Shown here piece by piece: positions 53,909 through 61,913 of a DNA stretch of 61,913 bases. Position 1 is the first letter of the stretch. Each line of letters opens with the position of its first letter. The translations under genes and the position numbers were made by a program. The notes beneath the pieces are model-generated. The model searched no databases. It saw nothing but the letters and a program-made list of their open reading frames with translations, and was not told where the DNA came from. This DNA comes from a virus (taxonomy: Duplodnaviria; Caudoviricetes): IMG/VR virus record IMGVR_UViG_3300048587_000154, positions 1 through 61,913 of that record; one strand, written 5' to 3'.

Positions 53909-55993
53909 TTAGTACAAGCCGCCTTGGCCTCGACCGATGGCGGCGGCTGCGCCAGGCGATATGCCACGCATACCTTCCGCCGAGTTGTTCGATTGTTTTC
54001 CGCCAAGAGCGCCCGTTGTGCCCGTCGGTGCGCTGGGGAAGCCGTACCCGCCACGGGGAGCGGCTGCCGTAAGTTTTCCAAGTGCAGGGGTGTTGTATTG
54101 CACTGTACCCATTTTCTTGCCCAAGCCCGATCCTATCCTTGCGCCGGCAATTGCGCCCGGCACACCGCCAACAAGACCGCCAAGGATTGCGCCGGCAATC
54201 GTTCCCTTGGCCTGCGGTGTATCGAGACCCTTGATCCCGCTGGTGATCTTGCCGCCGATCCCCTTCGACAAGCCCGACATGGAAAGGCCTGATGTCGCCT
54301 TCTGGCTTTCCTCCGGCGCTCCGATCGACGGCGCTGCCGGCATGCCGCGCGATGTCGTGGAAAAGCCTTGCGGGCTTGTCGTCGTCGTCACGCCGTAGGA
54401 GTTCGTTACGCTGATGTTTCCCAGCGCGTCGCGGGTGACGGTGTTCTTACCGGTGTTGTCGATCCCCTGCGCCGCCTTGCCGCTGTAAACGTCCATCGCG
54501 CTCGCGCGGGGCGCTGCCGGCGTCGAGGCCGTCTTTGTGGATCGGTCTACAGCGGGCGGAGAGATGGCTACAGCGGCCTTTGGGGCTTTGGGGGCAGAAA
54601 CGGTCACCGAAGGCGCTACCGTCGCTGCTGGGGCAGCCTTGGCCGGCGCAGCGGGCATTCCGGGCTGCGAGGGAGGCGCACCCACGTAAAGACCGCCAGG
54701 CCCGCCCAATCCGACCGGGTTGGACATGGTGACGCCGCCAAGCTGGCCGGGGTTGGACGGGTTGACCGACTTGTCCACATAGCCGGCTGCCGGCGACGCC
54801 TTCGAGGCGGGTGCGGAAGGCTGGCCGAGTCGATCGGTTTTCGCCGCTGCGGGAGCGGAGACCGGCCCGGAAGGACTGACCATGCCCTTTGCCGTAGTGT
54901 CGTAGCCGAAACGTGCCGCTGCCGGCTCCGGCGCACTGTACCCGAAGCGTGATGCCGACGGCTGCGAGGCAGGCGCGGAAGGTGTTGCGCGCGAGGCAGG
55001 CGATCCGAGTCGATCGGCCTTGGCTGCGGCTGGGGATGAAACCGGCCCGGATGGTGCCGCGCTCGGCGCGTACCCGAAGCGCTCGGGGGAAGGCATGGAC
55101 GGTGCCGCCTTGGTGTAGCCGAAGCGCTCGGCAGATGGCATCGAAAGCGCCGATCGGCTGGCCGGCGCTGCGGGCGAGACTGGCCCGGAGAAGTTGACGG
55201 CGGCTGCCGGTGCGTATCCGAAGCGCTCCGGCGACGGCATAGACAAGCCTGGCGCTGCGTACCCGAAGCGTGCGGCGCTCGGCGCGGCAATGCTCACCTT
55301 GTCTTTCGAATAGGGCGTTCGCCCGTCGAGGCCGATCAAGCCGGCTGCGCTCAAGCTCTCGGCCATCTGCGCGTAGCTTTGCTTCGTCGTCTCGTTCATG
55401 CCGATGGGCGAGGTCGGCGCGGCGTTGCGCGAGAATGAGGCCTCGGCATAGGCCGCGAAGGCCGGATCGACGTAGCTTGGCCGCGATGTCGGCGTTGGCG
55501 GGTTGAGGTTCGCAAACATGCGCGCCTCTTGCAGTTTTGTAAGCATCCCGCGCTCTGTGCCAAACACATGAGGGCCGATTTTCGTCTGGTTGTCTATCTT
55601 CTTCGCCCACGACGGCGCGGCCCGCTGCTTGTTGGTGATTGCCAGCATGCCGACGGGCGACCAATAGTGCGTGGCGTTCGGTACGGGCGACGTGAGGGTT
55701 CCGGCCTCGTAGGCGGCTATCGCCTCATCGATCGCGGCCTTGTTCTGCGCGTAGTTGGCCTTGGCGATGCTCTGCCCCTTGACCGTGTTCCACGTCGAAA
55801 ACTGGTTGGGAGCGCGAACCGTCTGCGAAATCGACTTGTTCGAAAGCATCGAACGGTTTTCAACCACGCCCATGATGCCAGCCATTTCCTGCCGCGCGGC
55901 CTCGGTGCCGTAAGCAGTCAAACCGGGGTCAATCTCGCCTGCGATGGTGAGGCCAAGATTTTGACGGTCTTGCGGAGACAATGCCAACGGCAT
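53909..55993 (-). CDS. Virion-associated cell-wall hydrolase (SleB/Hydrolase_2-like) with repeat linker
   Basis: TIAGE, V..NR, QFS.WN, ATHY, P.W, IG.HVF in the first ~150 aa; RFGY repeats; glycine-zipper end. Confidence 0.8.
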   Translation of the reverse strand: MPLALSPQDRQNLGLTIAGEIDPGLTAYGTEAARQEMAGIMGVVENRSMLSNKSISQTVRAPNQFSTWNTVKGQSIAKANYAQNKAAIDEAIAAYEAGTLTSPVPNATHYWSPVGMLAITNKQRAAPSWAKKIDNQTKIGPHVFGTERGMLTKLQEARMFANLNPPTPTSRPSYVDPAFAAYAEASFSRNAAPTSPIGMNETTKQSYAQMAESLSAAGLIGLDGRTPYSKDKVSIAAPSAARFGYAAPGLSMPSPERFGYAPAAAVNFSGPVSPAAPASRSALSMPSAERFGYTKAAPSMPSPERFGYAPSAAPSGPVSSPAAAKADRLGSPASRATPSAPASQPSASRFGYSAPEPAAARFGYDTTAKGMVSPSGPVSAPAAAKTDRLGQPSAPASKASPAAGYVDKSVNPSNPGQLGGVTMSNPVGLGGPGGLYVGAPPSQPGMPAAPAKAAPAATVAPSVTVSAPKAPKAAVAISPPAVDRSTKTASTPAAPRASAMDVYSGKAAQGIDNTGKNTVTRDALGNISVTNSYGVTTTTSPQGFSTTSRGMPAAPSIGAPEESQKATSGLSMSGLSKGIGGKITSGIKGLDTPQAKGTIAGAILGGLVGGVPGAIAGARIGSGLGKKMGTVQYNTPALGKLTAAAPRGGYGFPSAPTGTTGALGGKQSNNSAEGMRGISPGAAAAIGRGQGGLY

Positions 55994-56022
55994 ATCTATG
56001 AGCCTATCAGGGAGGAACGTTC

Positions 56023-56322
56023 ATGTTGAAATTTGCCGCCGCATTCTATGCGTTGTTCGTTTGTAGTGCGACCGCCTGCGATATCTTTACTGGGGAAGGC
56101 TCCGAGTTCGTCCCCGGAGCAACGCTTACATGGCATCCCGACGGGATATTCACACTCGCCGACTCGGATGGGTCGAAGGACTATGTTTTCCAGTCCACGG
56201 GAATGACTGATGTTCCCTACTCCATGGGCGTCTCGACCAAGGATAAAAACGATGTCGTCTTGATCCGCGAGCTTGATGGCAAGTGGATCATCGACATGGT
56301 GGTTTTCACCTGCGCTCATTGA
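56023..56322 (+). CDS. Secreted or lipoprotein-like 99-aa protein, inverted in the late operon
   Basis: GGAGGA RBS; signal peptide ending SATAC. Confidence 0.65.
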   Translation: MLKFAAAFYALFVCSATACDIFTGEGSEFVPGATLTWHPDGIFTLADSDGSKDYVFQSTGMTDVPYSMGVSTKDKNDVVLIRELDGKWIIDMVVFTCAH

Positions 56323-59300
56323 CGGCTGGCCTTGACGTAGGCCTTGCGCGCCTCGCGCATGGCGTCCAACTCGGCCTTTTCCAGTTCATCAAGCCGCTTC
56401 TTCTTCTGCGCCGCCGCCATGCTGTCGTCAGCTTCGAGTCGGCGGCGCTCTTTGTTCAGTGCCTTGCGCTGCTTTTCTGCCGCCTTGAACGCACCTGCCG
56501 CCTCAAGCTCTGCCGTGTGCGACTTCCGATAGGCATCTGCCTTTGCCGTCTGGCCGCTCTCGTTGTAGGTTTTCAGATACCCCTCTGACGCCATGACGGC
56601 CTCGCGCTCGCGGTAGTATTCGGTGCGCTGCGAATTTTCATCAATCTCGCCATAGAAGTTGCGCACCCACGGCGTCTTGCCCGGCTCAAACTCGCCCACA
56701 AGCGCGTTTTCCGCCGTCTGCTCGACACCAGTAACGAAGCGGCCAAGCCCGCCGACGAAGTATCCCCACAGATGCTCCAACGTGTCGGGGTGGATATCGA
56801 CCGCGCCTGGCACCACCTCATCACCGCCGCTTGTCCAGTTGATGAGTTCGGCCAACTTCCTGAATGCCGGGTGCGTGGTCGAGAACGCTTGCGAGCTTTC
56901 CGGCGCTGGCGATCGATCGAACGGATTGCTGTCCGGGTAGATCGGTGATCCCGCGAAGTTCTCGTTGCTGATGATATCAACAGCGGGATCGCCAATAGTC
57001 GGCGTCACCATGGAAGCCATGGAGCCGGAGCCGATCGGGTTGAAGGCGTCGAAAGCAACGCGGATCGCTGACAAGATGCCCGTCATCGGGTCTTGCGCGC
57101 CCGAAGCGATGGCCGCGCCCTGCAAGCCCAAGTGATGGAAGGCGTTGTAGCCATAGGCCATCGGGAACGAAACGTATTTCTCGGTGCCGGGGATGAAGAA
57201 CACATACTGGCGTTCGAGCTTGTAAGGCTCGTTTTTCAGCATCTTCTCATAGTACGACTCGCCGTCGTCATCCGTGCCGGAAAACAGCATGTTCCAAACG
57301 TGCTGCATCATCCCGCCAAATATGAACGTGGCGATCGCCGCGCGCACCGCCTTTGAGCGCACCGCCCTCGATCCGACGTTGTAAGCGCCCTGCGCAGCCG
57401 CGTTGAAGAACACGAACCATGCGTTCATCGCCGGGCCAAGCTCGCCATGCTTCTTGAAGTCCACGGTCAGGTCGCGCGCCATGAACGCGGCTTCCTTGGC
57501 CGTGCGGCCCTGAATGTTGCGGGCTGCCGCATAAGAGGCCAGGCGGATGCCGTTTTCGCCAGCATCGTTCAAATCGCCAACGAATTTGGTGACGGCGCGG
57601 TACGCCGCTTTCATGGGCGTGACGCCGTTGACGGCCTCGGTCATCTGCTTTTGCAGCTTGTGCAGGTTTTCTTCCAGCGTGGCGTAACCGTGGAACGTGA
57701 TCTTGCCGCCTGCCTCGACATACTCTGCGGCCATCTTGTCCCAAACACCGTCGCCAGCCTTCTTGCGCGACAAACGCCACAATGCGCCCATCGCCTGCGG
57801 GATGTTCTTCGTGATGGTGGCGATCTGCTTGACCGAAAAGCCTTCGTCCAGCAGGTGCGTTGTGCCTGTCTGAATGTCCCTGATGATGTTGATCGGGGTG
57901 AAGGCCGGGTTGGCGCGGGTGTTGACGATCGACTGCCACACGGTAAGCGGGCGCACGATCTTGGAGAGTGTTCCCAGTTCGGCCATACCCATCTTGCGCA
58001 GCGCGAGGCCGATCTTCGGATCGCGGAAGCGGATATAGAACGTCCGTCCGCCCACCTTCGCGGCCAACACGTCATCAAGGTTCGAGAACGGGTTGGGCAC
58101 GCGGCGATAGGTGACAAGACCATCCTTGCCGATCACGCGCTTGAACACGTCCGGGGCTTTGGTGATGTCGCCAAGGAACTTGTCATCGCCCGACCAGTAG
58201 ACTTGCGCGATATGCTCGCCTTCCGGGTCGAACTCGTTGATGAAGCGCGCCATGGCCTTGCCGACGGCGTTCTTGTGCTGGCGCAAGATCGATTGCTCGT
58301 TTTGCGTGATCGCATGCGCAAGGATGTTCTCGGCCTCGGAAAAGCGGCCCATGGCAACCTTGAACTCATCACCGCGCACATCGAAGCCGCCAGCGCCGTG
58401 ATTGTGCCAGAAGCCGTCCGATGTCATGCCCTCCATGCCCTTGAGGGGCACGTAGTTCTTCCACTGCGTCGTCAATAGGTCGAAGGTCTCGGCGCTGATG
58501 AGACCGGCCTTGCGCTGGTTCTTCAATTCGGCATCGATCATTTCCCTGATGGAGCCGGCAGCGATGCGCAAGGCGCGGTGCTTTTCCGGGTCGCTGCGGG
58601 CGTCCGCGATGATTTCGCGCACCTGATCGATTGACATGCCGGAAGCGCCGACAACCGACGAGTCGAAGATCGCCCGGTAGAACTGGCTTTCCTGCGGGTG
58701 GCGCATGCCGACGACGCGGTTCCGCTCCTCGGCGTGCAGGGCGTAGAGGTACTTGTGCAAATCCTCCAAGCTCGCGCCACCATCCGCCAGCGCTTTCACT
58801 GCCGGCGCGACATAGGTGTCGTGCATGCGCTCGATCTGCGGCAGCGCCCGATCTTCCATCAGGCGGGCGTTCAGATAGGCGTCGTTCAACTCGGACAGCT
58901 TGTAGCCGCCGCGCTCCTGCATCATGCGCAGCGGGTGAAGATAGTCGATCCACTTGCGGGTCAGGTAATCGCCAAAGCTCTCGCCGTCATCCTTGTGACT
59001 GCGATCCTTGGTCGTTGATATGCCCTTGAGCGTGGCCGTAGTGTTGCGAAGCATTTTGGCAATGCGCTGGCCCACCAATGCGCCAGGCGCTTTGCTCGGC
59101 TCGATCTTCGGCGGCACAAACTCGGCCTTGTCTGGCATCTGCATTTCTGCGGTGATGGAAATACGGTTATCGTCATAGATGACGTAATTGTACGTGCCCT
59201 TGCCGTCTGAACGCGATCCCCGATCGAGATAACGATGGCCGGGGATGCCAGCCGCACGCAAAGCTTCGGATGCGGCGCGATCGTTTGGAACAGTCTCACG

Positions 59301-61913
59301 CGGATTAACCCTTGCCATCAACGATCCGGCAGGAGGGGGGGAGCCAAGATCAACGGTCAAATACTTGTAGAGGCTGGAGAAGGAAACATCCCCCAGCGAT
59401 CCAGACGAAAGCAAATTCGACACGTTGGTTCCGAGTGATTTCAATTTCTCCACAAGGGCGGGTGGCTGCTCGGACATTTTCTTGTCCCAGTCCAGCAATT
59501 CATGATCTTCGGGGAGGTTGACGGTATAGAGCTTGCCGAAGGTCTTGACCTCTCCCTTGCTCCACTCGCGCAACAGCGCTGCGGCGGCACGCAACGTCTT
59601 GAAGTCTCCCCAGCCGGCTTCCTTCTGGAATGATGTCAATTCGCCCGGCGAAAGCTCTGCCGACCTCGCTTGGTTTTCCACCCAGCGCGCCTTGTCGGTC
59701 AGGCTCATCCCGCTATCAAGCGCCTGACGGGCGAAGATCGCGGCTCGTTCCTCGGCATTGGTGTTGGCGATGTCTTTACTGCCAACAGCAATTCGTTTGC
59801 CGTTTACCTCTATCGAAGCATGGCGCGATGCCAGCGTGTCGCGGTAATACTCTGCGACATCGCGCCGGCCAGCGAAGTAGAGACCCCAGCCGAACGACTG
59901 GTTGCCCTCACCTGTACCGATCTTGTCGGTCGAGAAACGGCCAACCTTGTGCGGCGTGCCGTGGTAAGCCGGCTGATAATCGAAATCGCTGTCACGGATC
60001 GGGTTCACAGGCCGGGTTTTCATTTCGCCGCTGCGCGCCTTGTCGAAGATATCTTCGGCGGTGCGGTAGCCGTGACCGGCAAGCAGGTTCTTGGCGCGGC
60101 GGATCGCTGCCCTGATCTTGTCCCACACCCTGCGAAGCCCGATGTGCAGGCCGCGAACTTCGCGATTGTCATCCATGCGGGTCGAGTAGATGGCGAACGC
60201 CTCGGCCTCCAATTCCTTTTGGCTCATCTTTTCCGGGCGGCGGAACGGGTTCGAGGCGACCAACTCGCGCAGGCGGGCGTTCTCGCGCTGCAACAGGAAG
60301 CGCTCGTCCTTGGTCAAGAACAGCGATTGCAGCCGGTGGAAGGCCTCATGATAGGCGGTGCTGTCGTTGAACGTGTCCAGCGCCAGCGCAATGATGTCAA
60401 TCGCCGGATCGTAATAGCCCGCCGCGTTCCTTGGTCCGTCATCCAGATGCGCGCCCCACGCCTTAAGCGCCGGATGATCTGCCGGGATGGGGATCACGTC
60501 ATGCAATTGCGTCTTGATGCCAGCCACACGGGAGACGATTTCAAGCGCCTTGTGAACCTCGGCTTGCGTCCTGACGATTGGCTCCGGCCCGCGATCCGAA
60601 ACGACGGTGCCGTTCGGCTCCTGCCGGATCGACATTTGCCGGGTGTCCTTCTTCGGAAAGACGATCGACTGGGCAAGCTCGGCCTCACCCGGAGCGACCC
60701 AGCGCACGCCAGCGGTTTGCAGGGCTGCGAGGAGCTTCTTGGCGGTGTCGGCGTTGACCGTCGCCTCCATCTGCCCAAAGCGCTCTGTCCATAGGTCGTA
60801 GACCTTGCGCACGGCGTCGTCTGTGACCAGCTTCTTCGCCTTACGGGAAACGCTAAATTCGAAGCCCCTGTAGGTGTTCTCGACTCTCACCGTATCCTTG
60901 TCGTTGACAAGCGTCTTTTCCTCCGACTCGGCAAGGAAGCGCATGGCCTGATCGGCGTTCTGGAAGCGAATGCGCCGCTCGCGCTGCCAATCTCCCAAGT
61001 CGAACACGCGCGGCATGAGAATGCCGGGCTTGATGTTGCCCTGCTTGTCGGTGAACTGGATGATCTGGCCCTTGCCGTTCAGCCCGTCGAAGGCTGCCAA
61101 CAGATTGCCCGTGGCGATGAAACGCTCGGAACGGCCCTCGGTCGCGGCTTTGGTGAACATAGGCTCCAAGGCTTCGAGCTTGTCGTTCCATCCAGCGCCG
61201 CGAAACTGGGTGATGGCTCCGGCGTCCTCGCCTTCCTTCGGCTTTTCGAACGTGATCTGCGAGAATGGCAGAATGATCGTGCGCGAGGAGTCGGGGATCG
61301 CGATTTCAACCGACCATGAGGAGAGCGCCGTCGGGGATTTGGCCTTCTTGCTGGCGCGGATATCCAGCACGATTGCCGGCATTTCCGTATCCCCCACCAA
61401 GATCACCTGCTTGCCGATCGACATCGACCGGATGATGTTCGACCACTTCTGCAACTGCTCACGCGCCTTTGTCTGCGCGTTTTCCTTCGCCTTCGGGTCT
61501 TTGAGGCTGTCCACGGTCCACTTCGCCCAAGCCTCATGCTCGGTGCGCATGCGCTCGATGGTGCGTTCGGCCTTGATTGCGCCGATCCGCTCCAACTGGC
61601 GAAGCGCCTGCGGGAAGTTCCATGTGTCGGGGCGATGACCAAGCGAGTCGGCAACGCGATCCACCACATCACGCGGCTTCATGGCGAGGCCGACGGACTT
61701 GACCGACATACGCTCCATGTTGGCCGAAGCCTCGAACGGCGACGGGCCGAGCGACGGCTTGATTTCGGTCGATCCCAAGCTTTCGGCATCAAGGTCTAGC
61801 ACCTTTGCCTCAAGCGCGTTTTCGCCCATCGCCTCCTTCTTGGCGAGGATGGTGTTGTAGGTCTCGGTCAGCGTGTCGAGGAGGTCTTGCTGTTCGGATG
61901 GCGTCAGCAACAT
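56316..61913 (-). CDS. Giant polyvalent protein, C-terminal part: HExxH metallopeptidase, ART-like domain, LPD38-like domain
   Basis: YHEAFH (~60336-60353); YHGT..F....IGTGEG.Q..GWGLYF (~59870-59966); NP.F...N..RD, DF...G, FFNA..QG near the end. In frame with 1-7696 through the terminal overlap. Confidence 0.92.
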   Translation of the reverse strand: MLLTPSEQQDLLDTLTETYNTILAKKEAMGENALEAKVLDLDAESLGSTEIKPSLGPSPFEASANMERMSVKSVGLAMKPRDVVDRVADSLGHRPDTWNFPQALRQLERIGAIKAERTIERMRTEHEAWAKWTVDSLKDPKAKENAQTKAREQLQKWSNIIRSMSIGKQVILVGDTEMPAIVLDIRASKKAKSPTALSSWSVEIAIPDSSRTIILPFSQITFEKPKEGEDAGAITQFRGAGWNDKLEALEPMFTKAATEGRSERFIATGNLLAAFDGLNGKGQIIQFTDKQGNIKPGILMPRVFDLGDWQRERRIRFQNADQAMRFLAESEEKTLVNDKDTVRVENTYRGFEFSVSRKAKKLVTDDAVRKVYDLWTERFGQMEATVNADTAKKLLAALQTAGVRWVAPGEAELAQSIVFPKKDTRQMSIRQEPNGTVVSDRGPEPIVRTQAEVHKALEIVSRVAGIKTQLHDVIPIPADHPALKAWGAHLDDGPRNAAGYYDPAIDIIALALDTFNDSTAYHEAFHRLQSLFLTKDERFLLQRENARLRELVASNPFRRPEKMSQKELEAEAFAIYSTRMDDNREVRGLHIGLRRVWDKIRAAIRRAKNLLAGHGYRTAEDIFDKARSGEMKTRPVNPIRDSDFDYQPAYHGTPHKVGRFSTDKIGTGEGNQSFGWGLYFAGRRDVAEYYRDTLASRHASIEVNGKRIAVGSKDIANTNAEERAAIFARQALDSGMSLTDKARWVENQARSAELSPGELTSFQKEAGWGDFKTLRAAAALLREWSKGEVKTFGKLYTVNLPEDHELLDWDKKMSEQPPALVEKLKSLGTNVSNLLSSGSLGDVSFSSLYKYLTVDLGSPPPAGSLMARVNPRETVPNDRAASEALRAAGIPGHRYLDRGSRSDGKGTYNYVIYDDNRISITAEMQMPDKAEFVPPKIEPSKAPGALVGQRIAKMLRNTTATLKGISTTKDRSHKDDGESFGDYLTRKWIDYLHPLRMMQERGGYKLSELNDAYLNARLMEDRALPQIERMHDTYVAPAVKALADGGASLEDLHKYLYALHAEERNRVVGMRHPQESQFYRAIFDSSVVGASGMSIDQVREIIADARSDPEKHRALRIAAGSIREMIDAELKNQRKAGLISAETFDLLTTQWKNYVPLKGMEGMTSDGFWHNHGAGGFDVRGDEFKVAMGRFSEAENILAHAITQNEQSILRQHKNAVGKAMARFINEFDPEGEHIAQVYWSGDDKFLGDITKAPDVFKRVIGKDGLVTYRRVPNPFSNLDDVLAAKVGGRTFYIRFRDPKIGLALRKMGMAELGTLSKIVRPLTVWQSIVNTRANPAFTPINIIRDIQTGTTHLLDEGFSVKQIATITKNIPQAMGALWRLSRKKAGDGVWDKMAAEYVEAGGKITFHGYATLEENLHKLQKQMTEAVNGVTPMKAAYRAVTKFVGDLNDAGENGIRLASYAAARNIQGRTAKEAAFMARDLTVDFKKHGELGPAMNAWFVFFNAAAQGAYNVGSRAVRSKAVRAAIATFIFGGMMQHVWNMLFSGTDDDGESYYEKMLKNEPYKLERQYVFFIPGTEKYVSFPMAYGYNAFHHLGLQGAAIASGAQDPMTGILSAIRVAFDAFNPIGSGSMASMVTPTIGDPAVDIISNENFAGSPIYPDSNPFDRSPAPESSQAFSTTHPAFRKLAELINWTSGGDEVVPGAVDIHPDTLEHLWGYFVGGLGRFVTGVEQTAENALVGEFEPGKTPWVRNFYGEIDENSQRTEYYREREAVMASEGYLKTYNESGQTAKADAYRKSHTAELEAAGAFKAAEKQRKALNKERRRLEADDSMAAAQKKKRLDELEKAELDAMREARKAYVKASRQ
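61787..61913. repeat. 127-bp terminal direct repeat, right copy
   Basis: Identical to 1-127. Confidence 0.97.

Noticed and set aside
1-61913. tRNA, CRISPR array, diversity-generating retroelement, CtrA boxes
   Set aside because: I saw no cloverleaf, repeat-spacer array, reverse transcriptase or TTAA-N7-TTAA site by eye; dedicated scans are needed to exclude them.

Overview
This window is an essentially complete dsDNA podovirus-type phage genome of 61,786 bp unique sequence. Bases 1-127 repeat exactly at 61787-61913, which looks like a circular-assembly overlap. The host is probably an alphaproteobacterium (GcrA- and GapR-like genes, Sinorhizobium-type promoters). One long leftward arm runs from about 46 kb through cro-like, gcrA, MT-A70, rusA, a minimal replication pair, terS, a 10-kb accessory block, terL with two inteins, portal, scaffold, capsid, tail and ejection genes. 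It continues across the junction into a 4,388-aa DarB-like polyvalent protein (only partly shown in the ORF track), a cell-wall hydrolase and the lysis genes. A short rightward operon (46.6-51.9 kb) carries RecT/Bet. I recognise no integrase, par system, polymerase, primase, replicative helicase, tRNA or CRISPR array. Highlights: (1) a 450-bp non-coding region resembling a ColE1-type RNA-primed origin, with a structured leftward RNA and a small antisense RNA, in a genome whose initiator lacks its DNA-binding domain; (2) an 8-bp motif TTCGTATT present at least 13 times at promoters and start codons, clustered around an orphan BrnA gene; (3) two sensor-less wHTH domains resembling WYL defence regulators; (4) two genes overprinted inside the giant gene; (5) a microprotein duplicating the portal C-terminus. 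All family calls are by-eye motif recognition, not database searches.
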